From positions 192,001 through 256,000 of the forward strand of contig CAWGZR010000003.1 in assembly GCA_963827165.1 (NCBI GenBank): DNA of 64,000 nucleotides, given 5' to 3'. Of the stretch, positions 1 through 10,408 are shown piece after piece. Positions within the stretch are counted from its first letter, which is position 1; every line of letters starts with the position of its first letter. The position numbers and the translations under genes are program-made. The notes beneath the pieces are model-generated. The model was not told where the DNA came from. It saw nothing but the letters and a program-made list of their open reading frames with translations, and searched no databases. This stretch comes from Candidatus Bathyarchaeota archaeon. Lineage in GTDB: Archaea; Thermoproteota; Bathyarchaeia; Bathyarchaeales; Bathycorpusculaceae.

Positions 1-52
1 AAGTTTTTGTTGCATTTTTAACTTCTTTTCCACAGGTTGGGCATTTTGCCAT
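1..52 (-). CDS. Cren7-like small chromatin/zinc-ribbon protein (5' part; runs off the window)
   Basis: Minus strand reads ATG at 52: MAKCPTCGKEVKNATKT..., the CPxCG start typical of Cren7-like proteins of Bathy/Thermoproteota. Only 17 codons visible. Confidence 0.5.
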   Translation of the reverse strand, partial: MAKCPTCGKEVKNATKT

Positions 53-305
53 GATTATCCCTATTCTTTGATGTTACATCTCAATCAGCATAAAACACTT
101 GCGGTCAATACACGCAAAAATACACAAAAAGGCATCTTTTGTCATTAAAAATATGGAGAATGTAATCGTTTTAGTTGAAAAAACGGGGCTAACTCGGTAC
201 GTTGCGGGGCGCGAAAAAGTCACATTTGGCCAAATCAAAGCTTGAAAACAAAAAATACCCAACAAAATATTAATTTAAAACCAAAGTTCAATATTCAGGA
301 GAAGA

Positions 306-899
306 ATGAAAATCGTCGGTCTAGATTTGGCAGGCGTCGAACACAGACCCACCGGTTACTGCCTGCTTACAGGGAGGCAAGCGGAAACCTCTCTATTGTA
401 TAAAGACGCTGAAATCTTGACAAAAATCGGCGAGGTTCAACCAGCCGTGGTGGCAATCGATGCGCCTTTAAGTTTGCCGCCTGGCAGAAAATCTATTGAA
501 GAACGAACAGGGAATCACCTTAGAGAATGCGACAGGGAGCTCCTGAAAAGAGGTATAAAATTTTTTCCAGTTACATTGGGTCCGATGAGAAAACTCACTC
601 AGCGCGGAATAAACCCGAGGCAGATACTAGACGGGAAAGGATTTGCAGCAAATAGAAGTTTACCCAGGCGGCGCTCAAGACGTTTTGGGAATACCTCGAA
701 AACAAAGAGGCCTCGCCAAGCTGAGGCTGGTTTGGGGAAGTTAGGCATAAAGGATCTGAAAAACCAATTAAGCGACCATGAACTTGACACTGTAACGTGC
801 GCCTATGTGGGTAAACTTTTTCTCGAAGATAAAGCCGTGACGTACGGAGCGCCAAACCAAGGAATAGTTATGCCGAACGGAGAAAAAGCCTCCAAATAA
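306..899 (+). CDS. DUF429 family predicted nuclease (RNase H fold)
   Basis: Motifs IVGLDLAG, VAIDAPLS, RECDREL, HELD. The IEVYPGGAQD motif lies in another frame at about 650-730, implying two compensating indels. Confidence 0.8.
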   Translation: MKIVGLDLAGVEHRPTGYCLLTGRQAETSLLYKDAEILTKIGEVQPAVVAIDAPLSLPPGRKSIEERTGNHLRECDRELLKRGIKFFPVTLGPMRKLTQRGINPRQILDGKGFAANRSLPRRRSRRFGNTSKTKRPRQAEAGLGKLGIKDLKNQLSDHELDTVTCAYVGKLFLEDKAVTYGAPNQGIVMPNGEKASK

Positions 900-930
900 C
901 CATGCGTTTCTCAACGACGAATAAAAAGAA

Positions 931-3900
931 TTAGATGGATTCTTGCGCCTTGCTTTTGATGTTTTCCATCTGTTTATCGACCTTTTTCTTCCGTGTGAAT
1001 CCAGCTGGCCACCAATTGAATTTTTGAGCTAACCCCATTAGGGAAGGCACGAAGAACAGGATGACAACTGTTACATCTATGAGGATAGCGGCGGCGACTG
1101 CTAGAGCGATTTCTTCGAGGACAGCGATGTTGGTGACCACCAGAGAGAGGAAGACAGTTGCGAGGACGAGACCTAAGCCGAGGATTGTTACCCAGACTTT
1201 GTCGATGGCTTCTACGATTGCTTCGTTATCTGTTTTTCCGTTGAGAACTTCCTCTCTTATACGCGTTATGAAGAATATGTCGTAATCTATTCCAACCCCA
1301 AGCATTGTCACCACAACAAAGAGCGGCGCGAAGTCAAGGATTGGTAGGTTTAGCATGTAGTAAAAGACGAAGGAAACGATAGCTAAAGAGAAAACGACGC
1401 TACAGAGAATCGTAACTATCAAACGAATTGGAGTAAAAGCGGATTTTAGTTGGAAGAATAGAATCAAGTAGACTGCAGCTGCAAGGATGACTACGACTTC
1501 AGGAATCAAGTTTGCCATGAATGTTTGGCTGTCATATGTTGACTGAGTTTCACCGCCATAGTAAATCTTCAACCCCGGCATAAGAGAGAGTTTGCTGATG
1601 TTATCCTCGACGCCTTTGAGCGAATTGATCGCGGCGGGGCTAGATCCTGAATCTGCCAAGTTAACAGTGATCAAGGCGGTTTTATTGTCTTTGCCGATGG
1701 TTGAGAACATTTGGCTTTCGTACTGCTGCTGAATTGGCACAGACATGTTATCGATCGAAGCGTAGTTGAAAGCATCACCGTATGGTCTTGTTGTGCCCGA
1801 GGCTGATTCGACGCCTTTGGAATCTGCAGCGGAGGCCGTGATGGCATCTATTTGGTTAAGTAGCGTCTGGTTAAACTGGTTCTCTCCGTAAGTTATCGGC
1901 GTAGCCGTCATGACGACGATTGATGTCGGCCCCAAGGTTCCGCTTCCAAAATCGTTGGCTAAAGCTGTCAATCCCTGGTTGCTTGGGAAGTTCGGAATCA
2001 GCTTCAGGAACTCCTCGTTCGTCGGAGTATTGTACACTACCATAAAAGCGCTAAACGCGATGATACTGATAATTATGACGACAGGCACTTTCCGCTTAAG
2101 CGTATTATGAGCCAAACGCTTAAGCACGTTTTTGTTTTGATCAGACTTTGCGTTGATTTTTCCCTGCAGCCCTGGCCAGAAGATCTTGTCGCCTAACGCA
2201 ATTTCCAAAGCAGGAAGCAACGTCAAAGATGCCACTAGCAAGATTGCGACTCCGAGAGCTATTGCTGTTCCAACATCGCTGAAAATGGGAACGTTTGCAA
2301 CCGCCATTACGATGTAGGCTACGATGACGGTTATGCCTGCTGTTAACACGGCTTGGCCCGCCCATTTGATGGAGATTCCTACGCTCTCTTCGATTGTTTT
2401 TCCTTTCAGCCGTTCTTCTCTTGTGCGTCTAAGCTGTAAAACCGAGTAGTCAACAGCTAAACCCAGCATCAGAAGTATAGTCAAGGTTGGCGTGAGGAAC
2501 GTGAGGTTTCCATGGCCAATTTTTACGAATCCCTCGTAAATTGAGGCTAGCGCGACCGATATCGAAACTCCGCCTAGAAGTACGGGGATGAGAGCAGCCA
2601 TTGGTGCCAGAAAGAGCAGACCGACTATCAAGAGTGAGATCGCTATTCCGGGACCTATGGTGACTTCTAACGCGGGTATGAATGCTTTCGCGACATCAGA
2701 CGTCAAAACTGCACCGCCCGTAACAAACACGGTTCCGTAACTCTGAAGCCCTGAGTTTCGCACGGCAGTCTTCACATGGGCAATAGTGTTGTCATCTGGA
2801 TTGGACCCGAAACTGAAGATTATCATCATGGTGTTGTTTTGTGAGTTAACAAAGTTGTGTGTCAACGCCGAGGTCAGCGTGAATGGGTAATCTATGTAGG
2901 GTTGGGTTGAAACTTCATTGTTAATTGCTTGGTTGATGTCGTTGGCTGTTGCGTTTGGCGAGAGTGATTCGATAAGGCTGGTGAATGAGGCGGAGTTTAC
3001 GGAGAATAGAGGTGAATTGGCCATGGCACTTTGGGTTGCGTTTGATGTTAATTCGCAGGCCAGCTTCCATGTCTGCGCGTTGGTCGGTAATGAGCCCAGG
3101 TCGTAGGCGGAGTGCATTAAGTCAGAAACTGAAAAGCCAGCTTCTGCGGTTGTCATGTTGCTGTAGTTTTTTTCTATGAGGGTAATAGAGTAATCTTCAA
3201 TGGTCGAGTTTGAAGGCGATCGTCCGAAACTGTACAATTCATTCACGACGCTTGATGGAGAAGCGCCAAGTGAGGATGCAAGATTCGCCGGAATACTATA
3301 AACCATACTTGTAATTGTCAAGTTCTCAAGCGCAGCAACTTGGTTCCAATTTGTCGAAGTTAAATCAGAAGACACAAGGCCAATCATCTGGCCCGTTTGG
3401 GTATTAATCTGAGGGCTACTTAAGAATCCGGCGACTGCTTGGCCTACAGCGTAGGCTTCCCTACCAGACACAGAGGCGCTCGCTGGAAGAGTCAAGAAGC
3501 TGGAGTTCCAAGCGCTGAAGAATGCGGTGTAATACCCGATTGATTGGGCGTTGCCTCCAAAATTGCTTGTCACACTAAAAGTTGTAGCGTTAGCTTGCGC
3601 GTTGGCGTCAAACGGGTTAGTGTCACCATATCCGCCCAGCTGCTGAGATACGCCCTGCCAAACACTAACAAATGCCGCGGGAACGCCCCACACCAGTTGC
3701 GCTGTTTGATTGATTCCATCCTGCATTTGAAACAGGTTTTGGCAAAGCAACGACAGATTTCCAGTCAATGAATACAACCCTTGGTTGATCAGGACTATAT
3801 TTGGTTGAAGGGCGGCTGTCTGATTAATTATCGTCGGGAGGGAGCCGTTGAGAACGTCGGCTTCACTTGAATAGAGAGTCTGTTCACCAGTGAAGTTGCC

Positions 3901-4230
3901 CACGTTTGAATCATCGGAGAGAGTTTGGTTCATTGCAAGAACAACCTGCTTTAAAGCATCCGAATACACTGAAGCATTTTGCACAAGAACAATAATGCTA
4001 GAGTCGCTACTGTTGCCGTCGGGAAATTCCGCTTGAATTATGTTGGCGGCTTTAGATGACATCGTGTTTGAGGGTGCTCCGAATCCGCCCGTGAGGTCGT
4101 AGGACACTGAAGAGAAGAAGCTGGGGATAAGAAAGAGCGAAAGTACAACTGCAATTACCCAAGCAACAATAACGAACCTGTAACGTCTTCGAATAAAATG
4201 ATTCAATGAATCAAAAAATGACCTTGCCAT
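931..4230 (-). CDS. MMPL/RND family membrane transporter with large extracellular domain
   Basis: 1099 aa; two TM bundles with GLAVDYS and GVGIDYDIF motifs; N/S/T-rich extracellular loop. Confidence 0.9.
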   Translation of the reverse strand: MARSFFDSLNHFIRRRYRFVIVAWVIAVVLSLFLIPSFFSSVSYDLTGGFGAPSNTMSSKAANIIQAEFPDGNSSDSSIIVLVQNASVYSDALKQVVLAMNQTLSDDSNVGNFTGEQTLYSSEADVLNGSLPTIINQTAALQPNIVLINQGLYSLTGNLSLLCQNLFQMQDGINQTAQLVWGVPAAFVSVWQGVSQQLGGYGDTNPFDANAQANATTFSVTSNFGGNAQSIGYYTAFFSAWNSSFLTLPASASVSGREAYAVGQAVAGFLSSPQINTQTGQMIGLVSSDLTSTNWNQVAALENLTITSMVYSIPANLASSLGASPSSVVNELYSFGRSPSNSTIEDYSITLIEKNYSNMTTAEAGFSVSDLMHSAYDLGSLPTNAQTWKLACELTSNATQSAMANSPLFSVNSASFTSLIESLSPNATANDINQAINNEVSTQPYIDYPFTLTSALTHNFVNSQNNTMMIIFSFGSNPDDNTIAHVKTAVRNSGLQSYGTVFVTGGAVLTSDVAKAFIPALEVTIGPGIAISLLIVGLLFLAPMAALIPVLLGGVSISVALASIYEGFVKIGHGNLTFLTPTLTILLMLGLAVDYSVLQLRRTREERLKGKTIEESVGISIKWAGQAVLTAGITVIVAYIVMAVANVPIFSDVGTAIALGVAILLVASLTLLPALEIALGDKIFWPGLQGKINAKSDQNKNVLKRLAHNTLKRKVPVVIIISIIAFSAFMVVYNTPTNEEFLKLIPNFPSNQGLTALANDFGSGTLGPTSIVVMTATPITYGENQFNQTLLNQIDAITASAADSKGVESASGTTRPYGDAFNYASIDNMSVPIQQQYESQMFSTIGKDNKTALITVNLADSGSSPAAINSLKGVEDNISKLSLMPGLKIYYGGETQSTYDSQTFMANLIPEVVVILAAAVYLILFFQLKSAFTPIRLIVTILCSVVFSLAIVSFVFYYMLNLPILDFAPLFVVVTMLGVGIDYDIFFITRIREEVLNGKTDNEAIVEAIDKVWVTILGLGLVLATVFLSLVVTNIAVLEEIALAVAAAILIDVTVVILFFVPSLMGLAQKFNWWPAGFTRKKKVDKQMENIKSKAQESI

Positions 4231-4888
4231 CTAATCAGCCCAGTTAACCTAACCGTCCAGAGTTACATCTCAAACGTTATCATAGCATTTGCCTTTTGCA
4301 GCCTCTCCCTTAAGGATTTCCCACAATCTTTCCGCAAACCAACGAAAGGTTACGCGACTTCAAACGCTTTAACCTAGCCCAGCCAAAGTTAAATTGAAGA
4401 AAGGCCTTATGATAAAAAATTGCTATTGCCTTTTCACTTTGAAATATCTTGATAAAAGGTCAATTTTGGCGAAAATTGCGGATAAGATCACGATGATCCA
4501 CTTGTTGGTTGAAGAAAAAGATAAAGCAAAATCGTCCATGTCGACAAAGTTGCGTTTCGTGTGGACTCGGGACACCGCTTACGGAAGTGACCGAAGGGTG
4601 TTATCGTTCCCTCGGCGGCGGCCGAAATCGTAGGTTTATGCAGCAGATTTGGCAACCTTAAACGTGGGTTCAAAATTAAGATCTTTCTTTTAATGTCCGA
4701 TATTGAACGGGCATGCCTCGGCTTTACTCATCTAGAACCAGATACTTCAGCGTCAACGATCTGGACGCCAATTTCCTATTCAAGAAACAACGATAAATTC
4801 GGTGAAATTGTCTGCTAAAACAATACGATGAACTCGTGGATTGCAGAAGAAAAAAATGTTGGAATTAGCCAAAAAAAGAACGGTTAGC

Positions 4889-5443
4889 TCACTTTAGCCA
4901 TTTGGTGATCTCTGACTTGTTTCGTTTTCCTGCGCCCTGCTTTGTTTTTGGGTGTCCTATTATGAATGGCACCATCATTTGGAGGTTGTCCGGAACCCCT
5001 ATTTTCTTTAGCACTTCTGGCTTGGAATTAAGCAAGTTAACGAATCCCATATAGCATGTTCCAAGCCCCAGCTCGTACGCTTTCAAAAACATGTTCTGTG
5101 CGGCAAGCACACAATCGAGCAGGTTGAGGTTTTCCCATTGTTTGTCTTTTTCTGCGCATACCAGTATCAACATGGGCGTGTCGTAGCAGATAACGTCCTG
5201 TTCGGTGTTGTACTGTTTAGCGAGCGGCGGCATGTTTTGTCTAACTAAAACTTTCGTTTCGTCAGACACAAGCTTGATTGCCTTCTTGTCCTCGACGATT
5301 ATGAATTTCCAAGGTTGCCTATTCATTCCTGAAGGTGCCCAGGTGCCCGCTTCCAAAACAGCCTGGACCTGTTCCTTTGAAACTGATTCTTCAGTAAAAC
5401 TCCTAACACTTCTTCTACCCTTAATACAAACATCAAGTTCCAA
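4889..5443 (-). CDS. Nitroreductase family protein
   Basis: RRSVRSF, APSGMNRQPW, AAQNMFLKAYELGLGTC; likely TTG start at 5443. Confidence 0.9.
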   Translation of the reverse strand: MELDVCIKGRRSVRSFTEESVSKEQVQAVLEAGTWAPSGMNRQPWKFIIVEDKKAIKLVSDETKVLVRQNMPPLAKQYNTEQDVICYDTPMLILVCAEKDKQWENLNLLDCVLAAQNMFLKAYELGLGTCYMGFVNLLNSKPEVLKKIGVPDNLQMMVPFIIGHPKTKQGAGKRNKSEITKWLK

Positions 5444-5509
5444 AACAAAACCCCAAAGAAACAAATGAGAATCCAAATATAAACTTGACAGCAACGCTAA
5501 ATGAGATTT

Positions 5510-5586
5510 TGGTGCCGAGGGCAGGGTTTGAACCTGCGACGACTCGGTCTTCAGCCGAGCGCTCTCCCAGGCTGAGCTACCTCGGC
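5510..5586 (-). tRNA. tRNA-Phe(GAA), CCA encoded
   Basis: Reverse complement GCCGAGGTAGCTCAGCCTGGGAGAGCGCTCGGCTGAAGACCGAGTCGTCGCAGGTTCAAACCCTGCCCTCGGCACCA folds as a cloverleaf with anticodon GAA. Confidence 0.97.
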
Positions 5587-5763
5587 ACCGTGCTTTGGGA
5601 GTGACACATCCAAGAATGAAAATAGGTGTTTTAAATGTTTCTGAATTTGATTTTGTATGTACACTTGGATTTTAGAGTCCCATTTCGTCGATCTTTTTCA
5701 AAAGAACAAATTATTTATAAATAAAGAAAAGTATAGTGAGACAAAAGTAACGGGTGCGTTTTC

Positions 5764-6675
5764 TTGCTGCGTTGGACACTTGCCGGTTTAATTCCGTTGA
5801 TGATGTCACAAAAATATTCAAGCTCTGCGAATGAATTTTACCAATCTCAGAAAGCAGATTTTGATAGAATCTTGAAAACCAAAAGTTATTTTTTGCTTCG
5901 AGATTTACCTACAAAACTTTCGTCTCAAATTCTCCTTCCTGAAATTCCAAACATTTTGTTGAAACAAAAAAATGACGGCTGCTGGAATAATTCGATGAGA
6001 GTGACTTTTGATATTTTGTCGGCGCTAAAACACATCAGCGCCCTTAATGATTTGGATTCAAACGGAAAAATGATAAATTTGAGAGAAGAAATAACCGATC
6101 GGCACGACTACGATTCTTTACTTTTGAAATTGAAGATATTCGGGCAGACGAATAGCGACGATATTAATGAAATAAGCAAGCTTATCAAACAAACACGAGA
6201 CATGCAAAATTCAAATGGTTCCTGGGAAGGAACAATCATTTCAACCGTTTATCATCTCGAGAAATTAGTAAATTTAGAAGTGCCAGGTCACGATAAATCT
6301 GTCACAAAAGCAACTGACTTTCTAATTAATCAACTAAACGCAAACTGGAAAAGACTGCAAAACTTCCGTGAAGCAACCGGATTAAAAAATCAAAATGATT
6401 TCTCGAGGCAAAATCGCATTCTGGATTTTGAGGCTGCAAGAAAATATAAAAAAGAATTTGATCCCAAGTCAGTATGCTATACGAGGTTAGGCATTATTCA
6501 GAACTCTTTGAGTTTAAAACTTCTAATACAGTTGGGGCTTGAAAAAGACGATAACGTGAAATCCGCACTCGACAGCACCTATTCCGTCTATATGAGATAC
6601 AATAGCCTTTGTTACTTTAGAATAAGGAAAAGAATTTCCGCTGGCAAAAGAAAACACTCGCCAAAAGTCCCGTAG
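5764..6675 (+). CDS. Hypothetical protein with prenyltransferase/squalene-cyclase-like QW repeats
   Basis: QKNDGCW and MQNSNGSW motifs; AT-rich; lies between two tRNA genes; start uncertain. Confidence 0.6.
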   Translation: MLRWTLAGLIPLMMSQKYSSSANEFYQSQKADFDRILKTKSYFLLRDLPTKLSSQILLPEIPNILLKQKNDGCWNNSMRVTFDILSALKHISALNDLDSNGKMINLREEITDRHDYDSLLLKLKIFGQTNSDDINEISKLIKQTRDMQNSNGSWEGTIISTVYHLEKLVNLEVPGHDKSVTKATDFLINQLNANWKRLQNFREATGLKNQNDFSRQNRILDFEAARKYKKEFDPKSVCYTRLGIIQNSLSLKLLIQLGLEKDDNVKSALDSTYSVYMRYNSLCYFRIRKRISAGKRKHSPKVP

Positions 6676-6768
6676 GCGTGGTTTTTGACAATTGCGTATA
6701 CGCGCATGTTTTCCTTCCTTGCAGGGGCTATTCGAGTTTGACTTTGCTTGCGTGGAGAATCACGGTTT

Positions 6769-7136
6769 CTATTTCTTCCATTTTCTTGCCTTTAACTTTA
6801 AGGAGGCTGCAAGTGAAAAAGCAAAGAAGGCTATGACCACGGTTAACGCTATTTCTTGGACCGAAAGGTCCGGCGTCCTCGTTGCAGTCAGCTGTTTGGT
6901 AGGCGTGGCAGTTGGGTTGGCTGAGTTGGTTACTAAATTTTGGGTTTGCGGAGTGGAGCTTACGAAAGGTGTAGATGTCGGGAGGGAGTTGGCGTTGCGG
7001 TTACTTGAGGCGGCGTCTACGAAATGAAGCCTGCGAAATGCATGAGGAAGTAACCTACAAGGCTGCTGGTTAGGAAACACGCGAAAATCAGGGTTCCTTC
7101 ATGGCGATCAATGAAATCATCCATCTTGTTCTGCAT
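6769..7136 (-). pseudogene. Interrupted small membrane-anchored P/T/S-rich surface protein
   Basis: ATG 7136 with GGTG SD; hydrophobic N-terminus; in-frame TAG at 7017-7019, then TPPQVTATPTPS; a frameshift; then S/T-rich linker, TPDL, TM helix and basic tail KARKWKK. Confidence 0.45.
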
Positions 7137-7225
7137 TTTTTTTGCACCTGCTTTCTATGTTACATTTGGAGGGGAAAGGTTTTATGAAGGGGAAATCTGT
7201 AGTTTGAATTCAGCAAGCAAATTTC

Positions 7226-7302
7226 GGGCCGTTAGTCTAGCTGGCTAGGACGTCGCCCTCACGCGGCGAAGATCACCGGTTCAAATCCGGTACGGCCCAC
7301 CA
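7226..7302 (+). tRNA. tRNA-Val(CAC), CCA encoded
   Basis: GGGCCGTTAGTCTAGCTGGCTAGGACGTCGCCCTCACGCGGCGAAGATCACCGGTTCAAATCCGGTACGGCCCACCA; anticodon arm TCGCC-CTCACGC-GGCGA. Confidence 0.96.
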
Positions 7303-7339
7303 ATCTACTGTTTATTCGAATAAAAAAACTCGAACTCAT

Positions 7340-7609
7340 CTAATAAGGAACCGATGTTTTTCTTAGCTTTGTTTTGAACATGTGGTAGATTGGTTTCCCG
7401 CCGATGAGTAAAGCTGCCACTAGAGATATCACTCCAGCGCCATAATACACAAGCGTTATCAGGAAAATGGCAAAAAGAAATGAAACGTGGAAGGCGTAGG
7501 TTAGGAATAAGCCTACAGTTGGATAAATGAAGAGCTCATCTGGTGTTGGAAGGAAAATATACAAGGAAATCGCCAGCAGAAACGTTGACAATGCAACTTT
7601 TCTAAGCAT
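7340..7609 (-). CDS. Small hypothetical membrane protein
   Basis: 89 aa, three hydrophobic segments, LPTPDE motif. Confidence 0.6.
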   Translation of the reverse strand: MLRKVALSTFLLAISLYIFLPTPDELFIYPTVGLFLTYAFHVSFLFAIFLITLVYYGAGVISLVAALLIGGKPIYHMFKTKLRKTSVPY

Positions 7610-7745
7610 GTTACGCTATATTAGAGGCTGCATAGATAATAAAATTTGTTGCAACCCCTTACTCGCCAGAACAAACATGCTTTGCCTGAAAGTCTACGCT
7701 TAAAACCTTATTACCTTGAAAAAGAATTACATTTAATGTGATTTT

Positions 7746-8033
7746 ATGCATCGAAAACGTGTTTTCACAATCGCCGCCGTATTTCTAATCATAGCGGTAG
7801 TTGTTCCTCCCGTCATCGTTATTTTATCGGCGAACAACTCAATATATAAATATATAATTCCAGGAACCAACCCTACGCAAGGGTCACCCACCATGTCAAT
7901 TACACTGACCAATCAGGAACGCACTAACTTCCAGAACGCAGTCATCATCGCAGCCGTAATCGAGGTTATATTTCTAGCTTCGTTCATCACTTCGATTTAC
8001 TATGGCATAAACCACACACATCCAAAACATTAG
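7746..8033 (+). CDS. Small two-TM hypothetical protein
   Basis: 95 aa, two hydrophobic helices; BRE/TATA-like AAAACCTTATTA at about 7702. Confidence 0.6.
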   Translation: MHRKRVFTIAAVFLIIAVVVPPVIVILSANNSIYKYIIPGTNPTQGSPTMSITLTNQERTNFQNAVIIAAVIEVIFLASFITSIYYGINHTHPKH

Positions 8034-8355
8034 ACAAAAAGACTCTTTCAACATGATGCCCAACCAAAGTGTCACTGGCGTTGCGGGAGAAAACAGTAAT
8101 GTCAACATCTACTGCTTCGTCACCGATATTTAGCCTTCGTAGGAAACTTGGAATCCCCAACTTAAATCTGCCAAAAAAGAGAACTTTCAAGAAAAATATT
8201 ATGAAATCTAAGGCATGATGAAGCTTCTAGGTTACTTCATCTTTCAGAAAACCGTCTTTTTTTCCAGTGTTGTAGCAACGCAACCACAAATTTTTAAAAG
8301 CGGTTTGCAGACAATGACTTTAGTAAAGACCTACTGTTTTTGGGAGGTGCAATTT

Positions 8356-8556
8356 ATGCCTGAAACATCAATTAACATAACCGAGAAACTACAGAAGATC
8401 GGTCAAACAGCCAACGATTACAAAGACGCCATAGTCAACCAATTCAAGGATATGGAAGTCGAAGTAAGAGACTGGAATTTCGCCGTTGGAAAAAGCGACA
8501 AAGAATACACAGTCGAGGTTAATCTCAAACTCGGAATCAAATCCAAAAAACCTTAA
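8356..8556 (+). CDS. Small hypothetical protein
   Basis: GGAGGTG SD before ATG 8356; MPETSINITEKLQKIG...VNLKLGIKSKKP. Confidence 0.7.
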   Translation: MPETSINITEKLQKIGQTANDYKDAIVNQFKDMEVEVRDWNFAVGKSDKEYTVEVNLKLGIKSKKP

Positions 8557-8690
8557 GCAAGACACCTTGCCTAAGCAAAACCCCCTTTCTTTAAGATCTT
8601 TGACCTTAGTTCTACATCTTGGCTGATTCCTAACCAAAACAGATAAAAACTTCCCTTTGCATCCTCAACGCTACTGTAGAGGAAACGCGT

Positions 8691-8891
8691 ATGCCAACTG
8701 AAATTACTGATGTGGATAAGTTTGTCGCAATGAGCGCGAAAGCAAAATACTGTTCTGTGCAAAGGCTCAAAGACAATGTTAAATTGAAACTGCGCACGTC
8801 CCGCCAACTATATACTCTAAAAATAGAACCCCTCAGAGTCGATGAAATCATAAAGAAACTCCAATGCGAAATCCAAGAAAAAGAAAAATAA
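8691..8891 (+). CDS. rpl38e: 50S ribosomal protein L38e
   Basis: MPTEITDVDKF...VKLKLRTSRQLYTLKI matches the L38e signature KxKxRxxRxLYTL. Confidence 0.85.
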   Translation: MPTEITDVDKFVAMSAKAKYCSVQRLKDNVKLKLRTSRQLYTLKIEPLRVDEIIKKLQCEIQEKEK

Positions 8892-8974
8892 ATCCAATCT
8901 TTCTTAACTATTAGTTTTATGTTGTTCAGTTCGTTTTGAGGGCAGACCCTGTTCTTTGCCATCCAAGCACAGAA

Positions 8975-9004
8975 CCGTATACGAAAGCATCACCAAAACC
9001 CAGT
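8975..9004 (-). repeat. Box I dispersed 30-bp motif, copy 1
   Basis: RC = ACTGGGTTTTGGTGATGCTTTCGTATACGG. Confidence 0.9.
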
Positions 9005-9050
9005 TTTTCACCCCTCACTCGTCAAAATTCCTGCTAAAACTGATTAATTG

Positions 9051-9342
9051 TTCGAAAACAAACGAACCTTAAATATTCATGACAGCCTAAAGGAGAAAAG
9101 CTGGAAAAATAACAAAAAAAGAGTTCAAATAGTCTTCCGAGGAAGAAATTTGCCCCAATATTATCTATAATGAGGGGAACTTTGCCTGAAAGCATTCAAT
9201 TTCACTGTAAGAAGACAAAAATACTAATCCATAGATAGAATTCTACCCCGCTAATTGGCCGAATTTGAATTTTTCATTTGTCTGTTCCCATTTTTCACTC
9301 GAAAATCAAGCGAATGGTCATTTTTTAAATGTAAAAGTTAAA
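9051..9342 (+). repeat. Box II (9051-9080) + Box III (9313-9342) composite element, copy A
   Basis: TTCGAA-N6-CGAACCTTAAATATTCAT, then AATGGTCATTTTTTAAATGTAAAAGTTAAA 262 nt later. Confidence 0.8.
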
Positions 9343-9580
9343 ATAGGCTCAGGTTTATCTCAGAAAAATGCATGAAATTGATGATTGCTCCGTACCGCGT
9401 ATTCCATTTATGCTCTTCGTTCGACGAAGGCTGGTTCAGTTTGGCATTTGAAGAATGTAACGAAGGTATTTCAGTGAGGTTAGGATAATTCTCCAGCAAA
9501 GGTCAAATGGGTGTGGGTGCAGACTTGAATGAGCAATGGGTTGATTCTTTAAGGCGCCTGAATTGGTTGGGAAGTTAAAA

Positions 9581-9610
9581 AGTGAGTTTCGTTGATGCTT
9601 TTGTATACCG
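9581..9610 (+). repeat. Box I dispersed 30-bp motif, copy 2
   Basis: AGTGAGTTTCGTTGATGCTTTTGTATACCG; inverted relative to copy 1 (24/30 identical). Confidence 0.9.
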
Positions 9611-9700
9611 ATCCAGGAAGGACAGAGAGATTTTTTTGGCACCTTGGATGTAATTCACTCATAGTTGATGGTTTGTTGTTAATTTGGTTGCGGGTTCGTC

Positions 9701-10408
9701 ATGAGTGTTGAGCGTAATCTGTTAATTTCTCTGTTGAAATTAACAAAAAACGGGCCTGTTTTAACTGAACTTGTTAAAAGAGAAGCTCATCTATCTGCAG
9801 CCGTTATGTCAAAATTGCTAGCAAAATTGCAAAACGAGGATTTAGTTTATTTGAAACAAGGCTGCATTGAAGTCGAAAGCGAAAACAGGCTCACACTTGC
9901 AGTTCAAGCCCTCTCGTTAGGTGCAGACGTTGAAGACATCAGTAACTTGCTTTGCTGGCAAGAATTTGAAGAAATTGCAGGCTACGTGCTGAAAAATAAC
10001 GGTTTCACAGTTTCAAACAATGTTCGTTTCAAGCAGTCGGGTCGAAGATGGGAAATAGATGTTGTCGGCTGCAAGAAACCGTTGGTTATCTGCATCGACT
10101 GCAAACATTGGCAACATGCTATTCCCCCCTCTGCTCTGAGGAAAATCGTTGATTCGCAAATTGACCGAACACAGGCAATGGCAGATTCATTGCCGAACCC
10201 TTCGCTCAAATTGGGATGCACTCAATGGAACGACGCCAAGTTTATGCCTGCAATTCTGTCACTCATGCCCAGCGCGTTCAAATTCTACTATGAAGTCCCA
10301 ATCGTTCCCATACTACAACTGCAAGACTTCTTAAATCAACTATCCGCCTATACAGAAAACCTAAAGTTTTTCACTAAAACCTTCAACAAATTAACTCATA
10401 ATCTTTAG
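9701..10408 (+). CDS. Mrr-like PD-(D/E)XK restriction-endonuclease-fold protein with N-terminal wHTH
   Basis: WQEFEE..., EIDVVG..., IDCKHW motifs. Confidence 0.8.
   Translation: MSVERNLLISLLKLTKNGPVLTELVKREAHLSAAVMSKLLAKLQNEDLVYLKQGCIEVESENRLTLAVQALSLGADVEDISNLLCWQEFEEIAGYVLKNNGFTVSNNVRFKQSGRRWEIDVVGCKKPLVICIDCKHWQHAIPPSALRKIVDSQIDRTQAMADSLPNPSLKLGCTQWNDAKFMPAILSLMPSAFKFYYEVPIVPILQLQDFLNQLSAYTENLKFFTKTFNKLTHNL

Noticed and set aside
4231-4888. Gene, ncRNA or fourth Box II/III copy in this 650-bp gap
   Set aside because: The ORFs have no recognisable motifs; only a weak Box III-like match near 4405-4427 and no intact Box II.
5587-7225. Integrated mobile element between tRNA-Phe and tRNA-Val
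   Set aside because: No integrase and no duplicated tRNA 3' end; the segment lies at the 5' sides of both tRNAs.
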